Source of the DNA: a virus
Lineage: Duplodnaviria > Caudoviricetes
Virus record (IMG/VR): IMGVR_UViG_2754412319_000001
Coordinates: 1-64,000 of that record
Length of the DNA stretch: 64,000 nucleotides
Direction: 5' to 3' (one strand)
This document shows positions 35,346-44,970 of this stretch, piece by piece. The notes beneath the pieces are model-generated. The model ran no database searches. It was not told where the DNA came from and saw only the letters and a list, made by a program, of their open reading frames with translations. Within the stretch, counting starts at the first letter, position 1. Each line of letters begins with the position of its first letter. A program made the position numbers and the translations under genes.

Positions 35346-37854
35346 ACGTCAACCGATCTTTGCGCAGACCGCACCCCGGTACTACGCGAAGGGCCTGCCC
35401 GTCATCCCTCTTTACCCCGAAGAGAAGAAGCCGATCCCGAACGACTGGTCGCGTTACTTTGATCATCCGGTCGAGCCTGAGCAACAGCAGGCGTGGATCG
35501 AGCAGTGCCCGACGTCGAATATCGGCATCGTGCTCGGCCCGCAGTCAGGCATCGTCATGATGGACATCGACACGGTCGACCAGCGGCTGACGTCGATCAT
35601 CCAGAGCCTGCTGCCGGCCTCGCCGTGGTGCCGTATCGGCAAGAAGGGGATGATGCTCGCGTTCAAGTACACGGGCCTGAAGACCTTCCGTATCAAGAAC
35701 ACGTCGGGCGAGACGATCTGCGAAATGTTGTCGGCTCGCACGCAATCCGTGTTGCCGCCGTCGATCCACCCGGACACGAAGCGCCCGTACGAGGCGAACT
35801 GCGATCTGGTGGACGTCGTCCACATGCTGCCGGCGCTCGATCCGCAGATCGAGTCGATGCTGCGCGCCGCGTTGCAGGAAGCCGGCGTCGAGCTGTCGCA
35901 CTCGGGTTGGACGCGCGTGGTCGATTTTGCGTCGGCCGGCTCGCGCGACACGTCGCTGACGGAGCGCGCAGGCCTGTTCGCGTACGCGGTCATGCGTGGC
36001 GATCGCTCGTTGAAGGAAGCCATTGGCATGCTTCAGGCGTACGCGGCCGACTTCGTGGAGAACGTGGCGGGTGATCCGATCGACGTCGACAAGCACATCA
36101 AGAACATGATCAAGTTCCTGCACCGTGACGTCTACGACAAGCAGAAGGTGCTGCCGAGCGGTTGGGACGAAGGTCTGACCGATGAAGAGAAGCAGGCGTA
36201 CAGCCTCGACTTCACGAAAGAGCAGGAAGAGTGGGGTTTCGATGATCTCAAGCAGTTCCTCCTGGACGAATTCGAGCGTTTTCCGAAGGATTCGCCGCAG
36301 CGCAGCCAGTCGATCGACAAGGCGCTGCACAAGGTGGCCACGACGTCGAGCCTCAACAAGCTCGAAGAGGACCGTATCCTCGACTTCATTTCGACGTCGG
36401 GTGGCATGGGTCTGAAGCTTTCCTCGCTCAAGGCGCGCATCAAAGAGCTGCGTATGGGTGAGATCAAGGGTCAAGATCAGTCGGAAGTGGCGCGCGCCGT
36501 CATCAAAGACCTCGAACAGATGTTCCCCGTGCGCGCGCACAACGGCTTTCTCTGGAAGTGGGCGGGTTCGCACTGGGAAAAGCTCGACGACAACTACGTG
36601 CTGTCGAAGATCTCGTCCGACTATGGCCATCTGACTGCGTGCAAGAAGTTCAACGACATCCGCGGCATCCACAACCTGATGAAGACCATCTTGCCGCAGG
36701 GTATTCGTACGCTCGACGTGCGAGGCGTAAACTTCGCGAACGGTTTCCTCACGGAAGACCTGAAGCTGCTTAATCACGACCCCGGCTACGGCATGATTTA
36801 CACGTTGCCGTTCCGTTACCTTCCGGAAATCGCGGGTAACTGCCCGATGTTCTTCGAATTCCTGAAGAAAAGTTGGGGTGAAGACGAGGACTACCAGCAG
36901 AAGCTCGATGCCATTCAAGAGGCGCTGGCCGTCACGTTGTTTGGTCTCGGCCCGCGTTTCCAGCGCGCCGTGCTGCTTCAAGGTGCGCCGAAGTCGGGGA
37001 AGAGCCAGTTGCTGAAGATCGCGCAGTCGCTCGTGCCCGACAACGCGCGCGCTGCGGTGCCGCCGAACGAATGGGCCGACAAGTTCCTGCCGACGCAGAT
37101 GTTCGAGAAGATCATCAACGTTGCAGGCGAGCTGAGCGAGAAGAAACTGGTCGACGGACAGCGCTTCAAGGACATTATCGACGGTGCGGAGATGTCGGGG
37201 CAGATGAAGGGTGGCCAGATCTTCCGTTTCCGGCCGATCTGTACGCACTGGTTCGCGTCGAACCACTATCCGCGCACGGAGGACACGTCCGAAGGCTTCA
37301 ACCGTCGCTGGCTCGTGCTTCAGTTCAACCGGCCCGTAAAGGCCTCGGAGCGCCGCCTGGACCTCGGGGATGTGATCGTGGTCGAGGAGCGTGAAGCGAT
37401 CGTAGCGTGGGCCGTGCAATCGATGAGTCGGTTGAAGGCGCACAACGAGTTCACGTTGCCCGATTCGCATAAGCAGACCATGCGTGAAGTCGCCAACCTC
37501 AACAACAGCGTCCGGTTTTTTCTCACGGAGAGTGGCAAGGTGCGGATGGGCGCTCTCCAACCGGAGGCATCCGCTGGGTCGAAGAGTTCAGCCCCCATCT
37601 CGGTGGTGGAAACGAAGCTCTATCAGACATACTGGTCCTTCTGCGTAGGGCCGGGAAGTGCCAAGCCTGTTGGATCGACGCAGTTCAGAGCCAAGATGCG
37701 GGAATTGGCTACCGAGTTCGGATTCAAGCTTACGATCAGAAACACGGAGCTGGGGGGACAGGAGATTCAGTACGAAAACCTCACACTTGTGGGATCGTCG
37801 GGTTCGCCGAGTACATCGACGGCCCATTCTGGCGCGAAGCCCATCGCCGCTTGA
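35335..37854 (+). CDS. Bifunctional primase-polymerase / D5-like SF3 helicase (P4 alpha-like)
   Basis: N-term GLPVIPL..NIGIVLG..MDID prim-pol motifs; D5_N VNFANG; Walker A GAPKSGKS; FASNHYP..GFNRRW. Confidence 0.9.
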   Translation: MRIERQPIFAQTAPRYYAKGLPVIPLYPEEKKPIPNDWSRYFDHPVEPEQQQAWIEQCPTSNIGIVLGPQSGIVMMDIDTVDQRLTSIIQSLLPASPWCRIGKKGMMLAFKYTGLKTFRIKNTSGETICEMLSARTQSVLPPSIHPDTKRPYEANCDLVDVVHMLPALDPQIESMLRAALQEAGVELSHSGWTRVVDFASAGSRDTSLTERAGLFAYAVMRGDRSLKEAIGMLQAYAADFVENVAGDPIDVDKHIKNMIKFLHRDVYDKQKVLPSGWDEGLTDEEKQAYSLDFTKEQEEWGFDDLKQFLLDEFERFPKDSPQRSQSIDKALHKVATTSSLNKLEEDRILDFISTSGGMGLKLSSLKARIKELRMGEIKGQDQSEVARAVIKDLEQMFPVRAHNGFLWKWAGSHWEKLDDNYVLSKISSDYGHLTACKKFNDIRGIHNLMKTILPQGIRTLDVRGVNFANGFLTEDLKLLNHDPGYGMIYTLPFRYLPEIAGNCPMFFEFLKKSWGEDEDYQQKLDAIQEALAVTLFGLGPRFQRAVLLQGAPKSGKSQLLKIAQSLVPDNARAAVPPNEWADKFLPTQMFEKIINVAGELSEKKLVDGQRFKDIIDGAEMSGQMKGGQIFRFRPICTHWFASNHYPRTEDTSEGFNRRWLVLQFNRPVKASERRLDLGDVIVVEEREAIVAWAVQSMSRLKAHNEFTLPDSHKQTMREVANLNNSVRFFLTESGKVRMGALQPEASAGSKSSAPISVVETKLYQTYWSFCVGPGSAKPVGSTQFRAKMRELATEFGFKLTIRNTELGGQEIQYENLTLVGSSGSPSTSTAHSGAKPIAA

Positions 37855-37902
37855 TGCTTAGCATGTACAACCGCGAAGAGAACTATTAGAAACGCGAGTA
37901 CG

Positions 37903-37942
37903 AAAAAAAATCGCCCCGAGGGTAGCTAATCCACGGGGCGAT
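37903..37942 (-). terminator. Terminator between the convergent primase and HNH genes
   Basis: ATCGCCCCG..CGGGGCGAT stem with an 8-T tail on the minus strand. Confidence 0.65.
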
Positions 37943-38085
37943 CTAACAGCTAACATTGATCAAAACATGTCCCTGAAGGGGACGACAGTGAGGCTGGCCA
38001 CCTCAACTGCCTAGACAAGTCTCTCAACCTGTCATGCTTGACTCACCACCACAGATCATCAAGCACTTGTAAGACTTTACCTGTC

Positions 38086-38661
38086 TCAACCTCCCTTTGC
38101 AAGTCCCTTTCGACTCATCAATAGAGGTTTTAACAATTCATCTGTACTTACTCCTCTGTTAAGTGGGCTATGCAGTACGACTTTGGCGGAAAGGTACATC
38201 TGGTGAGCCTCTTCGGGCGTTGAGAACGTGCCCAAGTGGATAGCCTTGTCTCGAAAAATAGTCGCCCTGTAGTTGCCTGACTTAGTGACGACGACCCCTG
38301 GTAGAGATTCTTTCGCGATAGAAATGTTACTTTCAGTTACAGCTTGAGCGGGGTCAAACAAGTTTTCAATTCTGTTGTTTTGCTTGTCATTGTCGCGATG
38401 CTTAACTTGACCGGTGGGCCAGTAGCCACAGGCTAAGGCCCATACCAGGTGATGCTCGTAGACGACCAGTCCCTTGAAAACTACCTGCCGAAAGCCTGAC
38501 GCCTTGTGTAAGGAACTAGCGACTTTTCCGGCTGATCTCGGTCCTCTAGCGCTGTTTGTCAGTCGAATGACACGACCCGCCTCGGGATCGTACCCGAAGT
38601 GCTCACGCGCCATCTCGACCGTGAAATCCTGGCGCTTCAGCTTCTCTTTCTCCATCGTCAT
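38086..38661 (-). CDS. Free-standing HNH homing endonuclease with AP2-like C-terminal DNA-binding domain
   Basis: EHHLVWALACGYWP..KHRDNDKQNNRIENL plus YRATI..IHLGTFSTPEEAHQMY; lower GC than flanks. Confidence 0.8.
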   Translation of the reverse strand: MTMEKEKLKRQDFTVEMAREHFGYDPEAGRVIRLTNSARGPRSAGKVASSLHKASGFRQVVFKGLVVYEHHLVWALACGYWPTGQVKHRDNDKQNNRIENLFDPAQAVTESNISIAKESLPGVVVTKSGNYRATIFRDKAIHLGTFSTPEEAHQMYLSAKVVLHSPLNRGVSTDELLKPLLMSRKGLAKGG

Positions 38662-39080
38662 CTCGTCGTCATGTGAGTGTGCCGCACGATCACAGTGGGC
38701 AAGCACACCTGCGGTGCATCAATCAAGAAAAATCGGGTTGGTCTAGACCGTTCGGAGTCCGACCGTCGTATGTAGGCGTTGTCGGCGCTGCAACAGTCGC
38801 CTCAATTATTGCGATCCCACCCCATCTAACCGCCGTCGCTCGACCGTGTCCCTGTCCGCGGGGCGGGGGCGGTAGCGTGAGAAGTATAAAGCATACTATG
38901 GTTGTAAAATCGAAAAATTCAAAATGACCGGCCCTACCATAGTCGCAACCGCAGCGCAACTAGCCCGCTTAAAATCATAGTATCCTTATAACCGTGGTAG
39001 ATGCAGTGACGCAGCGACCACGGGGCAAGCGCCCCGTGCGCGCTGGGGGAGACGTGCGCCTTGTGCACACGTAAGCCCCA

Positions 39081-39136
39081 AAGGTTCAACGTTGAACCTT
39101 TCGCAAGGCAGGTAAGCGAAAGGTGCAAGTTGAACC
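39081..39136. promoter_or_regulatory. Pair of palindromic operator sites upstream of the first early gene
   Basis: AAGGTTCAACGTTGAACCTT (perfect 20 bp palindrome) and GGTGCAAGTTGAACC; first members of a 12-copy family. Confidence 0.7.
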
Positions 39137-39191
39137 AAAGCAAACGGCGCAATCCCGCGCAATTCGCAAACCTACGTTTAGGGGTACTGAC

Positions 39192-39950
39192 ATGGCAGAC
39201 TTTCAAATCGCAACCGGCGCGGCAAGCTACGCTGCTAAGGAAATCATCGGCACGGAACGCAGCGCAATCACGCGCGCTTACTCGGCAATCGTTGCGCTTT
39301 GCCTGCGTGACGACAATCACGGCGCGCGCGGCTATGCGGCCCGCCTGATTGACGTTCTGAGCGAGCAAATCGCCGAGCAGCGCGCCGGTAAAAAATGGGC
39401 GGAAATGGGCGCGGCCGATCGCGTAAGCGCCACGCGTGCCGCGTTTCCGACCGCGAAACGCTACGCGGAAAAATCGGTCGGCATTGCCAAGCAAGCGGCG
39501 GACAAGGGCGCACCCGTAACCGAGATCGCGAACGCGGAAAAAGACGACGAAGCGGCGGCGATCGTGCGCGCATGGTTGCTCGGCATGGGCTGCACGTCGC
39601 AAGACGCGCTGTTTGCCGCGTTCGGGTTCGCAAAAGCGGCCGGAAATCGCGAGCCGAAAGCGGCAACCGCGAAAACGCCGTCAGCAGTGACGAACGCGAC
39701 GCCTGAAGCGCCCGCGAGCGACGCACAACCGGCAGAAACGCCCGCCGCTGAGGCACCCGCGCCGGATAACCGCAGTGTCGCGGATGTTTCGCGCGAAAAC
39801 GCGGCGCGTTTCGCTGAATCCGTGCGCGCCGTGATGGCGGGTATGTCCGATGCGGATCGGCAATTCTTCGCGCAAACCATTCTCGCCGACGTACAGGCAG
39901 CAGCAGCCCTTAATGTGGCAGTCGCTGAGGCTGAAGCGGTAGCGGCATAA
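39192..39950 (+). CDS. Ala-rich hypothetical early protein
   Basis: 252 aa from MADFQIATG with a GGGG RBS; low-complexity Ala/Pro linker near the C-terminus. Confidence 0.75.
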   Translation: MADFQIATGAASYAAKEIIGTERSAITRAYSAIVALCLRDDNHGARGYAARLIDVLSEQIAEQRAGKKWAEMGAADRVSATRAAFPTAKRYAEKSVGIAKQAADKGAPVTEIANAEKDDEAAAIVRAWLLGMGCTSQDALFAAFGFAKAAGNREPKAATAKTPSAVTNATPEAPASDAQPAETPAAEAPAPDNRSVADVSRENAARFAESVRAVMAGMSDADRQFFAQTILADVQAAAALNVAVAEAEAVAA

Positions 39951-40188
39951 GTCAACCGCGCCCGGTTGCCAGACCGGGCGTGTTTGAACGGCTCGCGCGT
40001 GGTGGCGTGAGTCGTTCCTTTTTATTCCCCCTATAGGGGCCGGCGCTACCGTTCATGCGCCGGCTCCTGGGACATCTTCGCATCCACGAATCCGGTCATG
40101 CCTCTGCGGCAGGCGTAGTAGCGCCCAATAGGCGGCTTGACCCGAAAACTGGATCAAAAGTGCAAGTTGAACCTTCCGGAGAATTCCG

Positions 40189-40569
40189 ATGCGCTACCTT
40201 GACCCGACGATCAGCAATTACTCGAAGGCGATTTCGAGCGGTCTCGAAACGCAGCGCCAGTATTACCGCGCGTTTTGCTTCGATCAGCAGCATGGCGAGC
40301 GCGCCGAGCGGCTGGCGTGCATTGCGATGATCCGCGCCAATCTCCCGGAGGAGGAGTGGCCCGAGTTCGCGCGCGAACCCGCTACCGCGCCTGCGGCTGA
40401 AGCGGTAGCGCGGCCCATGACGCGCAAGCGCCGCCGCGCGGCGGAGGCGCGATACGTGCGCGAGCAACAGATTCAGGAGACGCGGCTGGACCTGAGCCGG
40501 CTCGTCGACGCGTGGGGCGCGAATGTGCGCGATGGTGCGACGCTGCGCGCGATCCGCGGAGGGCGCTGA
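40189..40569 (+). CDS. Hypothetical protein
   Basis: 126 aa ORF with GGAG RBS, preceded by an operator copy. Confidence 0.7.
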   Translation: MRYLDPTISNYSKAISSGLETQRQYYRAFCFDQQHGERAERLACIAMIRANLPEEEWPEFAREPATAPAAEAVARPMTRKRRRAAEARYVREQQIQETRLDLSRLVDAWGANVRDGATLRAIRGGR

Positions 40570-40570
40570 C

Positions 40571-40684
40571 ATGGTCGCAGGAGCGGTAGCGGTAGCGGGC
40601 GTGGTAGCGCTGCTCGTGTGGGGCGCGCTCGATCGCTGGGAAGTGCGGCGCGTGGAAAGGTTCAACTTGAACCGAAATGGTTAA
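40571..40684 (+). CDS. Small single-pass membrane peptide (37 aa, not in the ORF track)
   Basis: MVAGAVAVAGVVALLVWGALDRWEVRRVERFNLNRNG; GGAGG just upstream of the ATG. Confidence 0.5.
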   Translation: MVAGAVAVAGVVALLVWGALDRWEVRRVERFNLNRNG

Positions 40685-41172
40685 TGAATGGCAATGCCGC
40701 GTCAGGCGAGACGCGCCCATTTATCTGATAGTTGGAGGGGGCGAATTAGCGGGAGCGGTAGCGAATGTGCGGAGCGTAACCCGGTTCGGAAACTATGTTG
40801 TTTCCATACAACATATTTTTCCTTGCCCCTTTCGGCGCTACCGCCCCCACTCCCGGACCATTGGCGTTGATGGCCAGGAGGGTTTGCAAAGCGCAGCGGC
40901 AACTATCTGATAGTTGTTTTGACTTTGTTTCTAGAATCAAGGACTTAGCAATATAACTTATCTTCTTTTTCTCTTTCACTTTCCCGTTCCCAAGAAGAAA
41001 AAGGAGGGACAAGGATGAGCGCCAAAGTCGACTTCATTGCGAAATCGCATCTATCTGATAGTTCTAGTTTTATATAAAGAATGAATCAGACGTCCATCCT
41101 TGTCCCCCCTGTTTCAGCGAATTCTGGCCGATTCGCGATTCCGATCCATCTATACGATAGTTGCTCACCACC

Positions 41173-41568
41173 ATGAAAAATCCGTCCGTAAACCCGATAT
41201 GCTTGTCCCCCTCGCAGCAAATCATCGAGACCGCGCGGCGTAACGCGCTGCTCGCTACCGCTCCAGCTCGTGCTCTTGCTCCAGCTCGTGCTCCTGTAGC
41301 GTGCCGCGCGCTCGTGCTCCACGCTACCGCTCCAGCTCTTGCTCCGCGAAACGTGCAACTTGCACCTTCGCTGCACGACGCCCGAGCCTATGTGCGGACA
41401 ACGACCGTCTCGACGAGTCGCACCATCAACGGCTGGAACGTGAAGGTGCAGCTCACCGCTCGCGAGCTGGCAACCGCGGATTCCGCCGATCGCACCATCG
41501 GCAGACTGTGCGCCCTGATCGCCGGGATTCTGGCCATGATCGGGATCTGGACGCACATCTTCGGCTGA
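41173..41568 (+). CDS. Hypothetical protein with APARA repeats and C-terminal TM helix
   Basis: GCTCCAGCTC(G/T)TGCT repeats; C-term IGRLCALIAGILAMIGIWTHIFG. Confidence 0.55.
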   Translation: MKNPSVNPICLSPSQQIIETARRNALLATAPARALAPARAPVACRALVLHATAPALAPRNVQLAPSLHDARAYVRTTTVSTSRTINGWNVKVQLTARELATADSADRTIGRLCALIAGILAMIGIWTHIFG

Positions 41569-41692
41569 ATCCACGGGCCAGACCGTTTTTCCAGGCATAG
41601 GCGGGCCTTGCGGGACCTCCCGAATACCCACCTAGCCAAAGACAACGCCAGCGGCTTATAGCGCCTCTGGCACAACCCTTCCGAAAGGACTC

Positions 41693-42106
41693 ATGAGCAC
41701 CACCACCATGCCGCTTTATGCTGCGATCGCATCCCTGCGCGCAACGATCGAGCGCTGCACCGCCGCTGACACGCAGCACCCATTCCTTCCCATTCACGAA
41801 GCACGCCTCGGAAAGCTGCTCGACATGCTTCCTTCAGGCTCAGGCATTGATTCGGGCACCAAACTTCTCGAAGACGAGTGCAAGAGCAACAAGCTGGTAT
41901 TTCAAGCTGATTTTCACCACATGAACGAACATGGGATGTACGACGGCTGGTCGGAACACCACGTGATCGTCACACCATCGCTGGAAACGGGGGCTGTCAT
42001 CCGGATCACGGGTCGTAACCGGAACGGCATCAAGGACTATTTGCACGACGTGTTTCATCACGCGCTGTTTGACGAAGTCGACCCTTACTCGATTGGTTCA
42101 ACTTGA
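41693..42106 (+). CDS. Hypothetical early protein
   Basis: 137 aa, AAGGA RBS; LPSGSGIDSG..FHHMNEHGMYDGW. Confidence 0.75.
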   Translation: MSTTTMPLYAAIASLRATIERCTAADTQHPFLPIHEARLGKLLDMLPSGSGIDSGTKLLEDECKSNKLVFQADFHHMNEHGMYDGWSEHHVIVTPSLETGAVIRITGRNRNGIKDYLHDVFHHALFDEVDPYSIGST

Positions 42107-42146
42107 ACCATCGCCTGAGAACCAACAAGAAGAATCAAGAAAGACC

Positions 42147-42266
42147 ATGAACGCAATCTACTCCGAAGCGCCCCAGCTGTTTGATGCAATCGATGAGCTG
42201 TTCAAGTCGCGTGAAGACGTCGATGCGCAGGACATTCGACCCATTTTGACCCTGTTCGCGGACTGA
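42147..42266 (+). CDS. Small hypothetical protein
   Basis: 39 aa MNAIYSEAPQLFDAIDELF... Confidence 0.5.
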   Translation: MNAIYSEAPQLFDAIDELFKSREDVDAQDIRPILTLFAD

Positions 42267-42304
42267 CATAGATCAGCCTGAACCCCTGAAGAGAACCCAC
42301 CACC

Positions 42305-42607
42305 ATGAGAACGATCAAGACGTACGAGACGGCCGATGGCCGGCAATTCAGCGACTACACCGAGGCACTGAGCCACGAAGTGAACGTGGCATTGCCCGAC
42401 AACCTGGCTCAGATCATCAACGACGCGTATGCCAACGCCTCGTGCGGCGTTGCGTTGCAGGATGAACCGCTCATGAAGATCGTGGACGGGATCACCAACA
42501 ACCTCGCGCAAGTCGAGGACATCCTTCAGCGGATCAGGGAAGGGCGGAGCAAGCTCGAAGGGCTGGAGACCGTGCAGCGGATCGTATCGCAAACGGGCAG
42601 GGGGTGA
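42305..42607 (+). CDS. Hypothetical protein (paralog of 42612..42902)
   Basis: MRTIKTYETADGRQFSDYTEALSHE N-terminus. Confidence 0.7.
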   Translation: MRTIKTYETADGRQFSDYTEALSHEVNVALPDNLAQIINDAYANASCGVALQDEPLMKIVDGITNNLAQVEDILQRIREGRSKLEGLETVQRIVSQTGRG

Positions 42608-42611
42608 GGCC

Positions 42612-42902
42612 ATGCGCGAGATCCGCAAGTACACCAGCTCGGACGGCAGGGAGTTCGCCACGCAACGAGAGTGCGCCGAGCACGAATGTTCCGTCACGGT
42701 GCCGGCCAAGCTCCGGCAGCGCCTGCTCAAGTTCTATCAGGAGGAGCACGGCGCGATCACGAGCAAGGTCGAGCAGGCAACGTTCGATCGCATGTGCGCC
42801 ACGCTGGTCCTCAACCGGCGCAACGCACGGGTCATCCGTGACGTGTTGCAGGAGTTCAGCAACGCGGCCACCCACCTGCCGCTGGAGCCGGTCTATGCCT
42901 GA
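42612..42902 (+). CDS. Hypothetical protein (paralog of 42305..42607)
   Basis: MREIRKYTSSDGREFATQRECAEHE N-terminus; GAGG RBS. Confidence 0.7.
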   Translation: MREIRKYTSSDGREFATQRECAEHECSVTVPAKLRQRLLKFYQEEHGAITSKVEQATFDRMCATLVLNRRNARVIRDVLQEFSNAATHLPLEPVYA

Positions 42903-43236
42903 CCGCATGCTCGCTCCGGACGCTGGTGCGACCTTCATCTACAGGGGCCGCACCTATCGCGTCAACTCGTGGATCTGCGTGGCCGAGCCGCCACCCACAA
43001 CCGACAACTGGATCGACGAGATCCTGTTCGACGCGGCCTATGAACGCAATGGCGTGCGCTTCCGCTACTGCCCCCGCGACATGGCCACCCACGTCTCCGG
43101 TTCCGGCATCGCGGGCTGTATCGCGCCGATCGCCGAGATCGAAGTAACCGGCACCGTCAAGTGGCCGGTAGAACAACTCGAAGCCCACCGGATGAGTGCC
43201 ATCCTGCGCGGCAAGCGGGGGCAACTCATCATGTAG
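42895..43236 (+). CDS. Hypothetical protein
   Basis: 113 aa from MPDRML, GGAG RBS. Confidence 0.6.
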   Translation: MPDRMLAPDAGATFIYRGRTYRVNSWICVAEPPPTTDNWIDEILFDAAYERNGVRFRYCPRDMATHVSGSGIAGCIAPIAEIEVTGTVKWPVEQLEAHRMSAILRGKRGQLIM

Positions 43237-43244
43237 GAGGGTCT

Positions 43245-43523
43245 ATGTGGTTCTCGCGTCGACCCAATCCCGTCGAATGGCGAAAAGGTCGATGCCCGAG
43301 CCTCGTGGGCAAACCTATCGTCGACTGCGCGCTCGTGAACGGCAATGCCGTGTTCATCGTGCCGCGCGAAGACGGGCATTGGGATTACTTCGTCTATGGC
43401 TGCATCCGCAAAACCGCTGACACCTGGGAAGACGCCGCGCGTCTCGTGACTGCGGCTGCAAACCTGCAATCTGACTATTACCTTGGGCCAAAAGAGTTCG
43501 AAGCTCTGGTTGGTTCAAGTTGA
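43245..43523 (+). CDS. Hypothetical protein
   Basis: 92 aa from MWFSRR, GGAGG RBS. Confidence 0.6.
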   Translation: MWFSRRPNPVEWRKGRCPSLVGKPIVDCALVNGNAVFIVPREDGHWDYFVYGCIRKTADTWEDAARLVTAAANLQSDYYLGPKEFEALVGSS

Positions 43524-43537
43524 ACCGAGGAACAATC

Positions 43538-44182
43538 ATGGGCAACACCACCACCTACGGCCCGTTCGAATCGTTCGAAGAGATGATGACCGACGCTGGC
43601 CAGCGCGCACCCTACGTCGAACGTGCAATGCAGATCGTGCTGACTGCGAGCGTGTTCGAGCAGCTGAACGACGAGCAGCGCGACGTGAACCTGCCGCTCG
43701 ACGTCCTCATCGACAACATGGCGAAGCAGTGCGGCATGGTCATCAAGCCGCACGAGGACGGCCCACGTCTGCGCAAGGCGTGGTACTACGAGCTGGAAGA
43801 CGAGCGCAACGTGGTCGACCATCCCGACTCGCTCAACGAACGCGAAGTGATCCTGCATCTGACCGCGCTCCTGGAGCATTTCGCCGGCATGCAGGAGACG
43901 AACGAGCAGCGCATCGCGGCTCTGTATGCGCAGCGTGGCCGCATGTGCCTGAAACAGCGTCCGCATCCGATCTCGTCGCTGCCTTACGCGGATCGCCAGC
44001 GCATGGCATTCAACATGCGGGACTTCGCCGGCGGTTTCGCTCAGAAGCTGGCTCACGCATGGATCAACGCGGACATGACGAACGCCAGCAAGATCGAAGA
44101 AGCATTCCCGCACCTGTTTGTGAAATACGCGGACACGTATTTCGACAAGGTGCGTGAAGAGCGCGAGGGAGTGCCGGCATGA
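43538..44182 (+). CDS. Hypothetical protein
   Basis: 214 aa from MGNTTTY; GAGG RBS adjacent to an operator copy. Confidence 0.7.
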   Translation: MGNTTTYGPFESFEEMMTDAGQRAPYVERAMQIVLTASVFEQLNDEQRDVNLPLDVLIDNMAKQCGMVIKPHEDGPRLRKAWYYELEDERNVVDHPDSLNEREVILHLTALLEHFAGMQETNEQRIAALYAQRGRMCLKQRPHPISSLPYADRQRMAFNMRDFAGGFAQKLAHAWINADMTNASKIEEAFPHLFVKYADTYFDKVREEREGVPA

Positions 44183-44355
44183 ACAACCCTAACTTCAGCT
44201 ATTACGCGATCAACCGCAAAACGAAGTACATCGTGGCGGGCTTCGACAGCGCGCTCGATGCCAACGCGTTTGTAGCTAAGCAGCTTCACGACGAGTACAC
44301 GGTCGTATCTCGTTCTGAAATCGCTCAGATGTACCCGGAACACCGGGCAAGCTAA
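44179..44355 (+). CDS. Small hypothetical protein (58 aa, not in the ORF track)
   Basis: MNNPNFSYYAINRKTKYIVAGFDSALDANAF...; ATGA overlap and GGAG RBS. Confidence 0.6.
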   Translation: MNNPNFSYYAINRKTKYIVAGFDSALDANAFVAKQLHDEYTVVSRSEIAQMYPEHRAS

Positions 44356-44377
44356 CACCACCACCACGGATCAAAAC

Positions 44378-44686
44378 ATGAACAACCAGGAACTGGCCAA
44401 GAACACGACTGAAGTCGATATCAATGCCGCGGCCGCGGCTGACGTCGACAAACTCATCACGAACGCAACGGTTCAACTTGAACCTCCTGCGCCGTACACG
44501 CGGCGCGAAGTGAAGTTCGCTCGCGATCTGCTTCAGTTTCAACTGAGCGAGCACATCAAGCGGGTGATTGCCCGATTCGAGAGCGAGACCGGCGCAAAGG
44601 TTACGGGCATCACCTACAACCCGTACACCACGGCCGATACCCCGGTGGCGCTGACCGTCTACCACAACGACGAATACGTCTTCTGA
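44378..44686 (+). CDS. Hypothetical protein
   Basis: 102 aa ORF. Confidence 0.65.
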   Translation: MNNQELAKNTTEVDINAAAAADVDKLITNATVQLEPPAPYTRREVKFARDLLQFQLSEHIKRVIARFESETGAKVTGITYNPYTTADTPVALTVYHNDEYVF

Positions 44687-44693
44687 GGCGACG

Positions 44694-44969
44694 ATGAAAA
44701 TCCGCCACGTCTTCGACTTCAACAAGGCGCTGGACCACGGGCCATACACATGGCCCGGTGGATATCCGTGCTACTTCATCACGTCCGACTGCGAAGCACT
44801 TTCGTTCAAAGCTGCGCAGGAGAACGCCGGCCTGATTCGTGACGCGATCATCACGAACGACAAGCATAGCGGCTGGAAGCTGATCGCGATGGACATCAAC
44901 TGGGAAGACGCAAACCTGACCTGCTCGCAAACGGGCCAGAAGATTGAGTCTGCGTACGGGGAGCACTGA
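44694..44969 (+). CDS. Hypothetical protein
   Basis: 91 aa; YTWPGGYPCYFITSDCEALS..INWED..C..TG..IESAY. Confidence 0.7.
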   Translation: MKIRHVFDFNKALDHGPYTWPGGYPCYFITSDCEALSFKAAQENAGLIRDAIITNDKHSGWKLIAMDINWEDANLTCSQTGQKIESAYGEH

Positions 44970-44970
44970 C

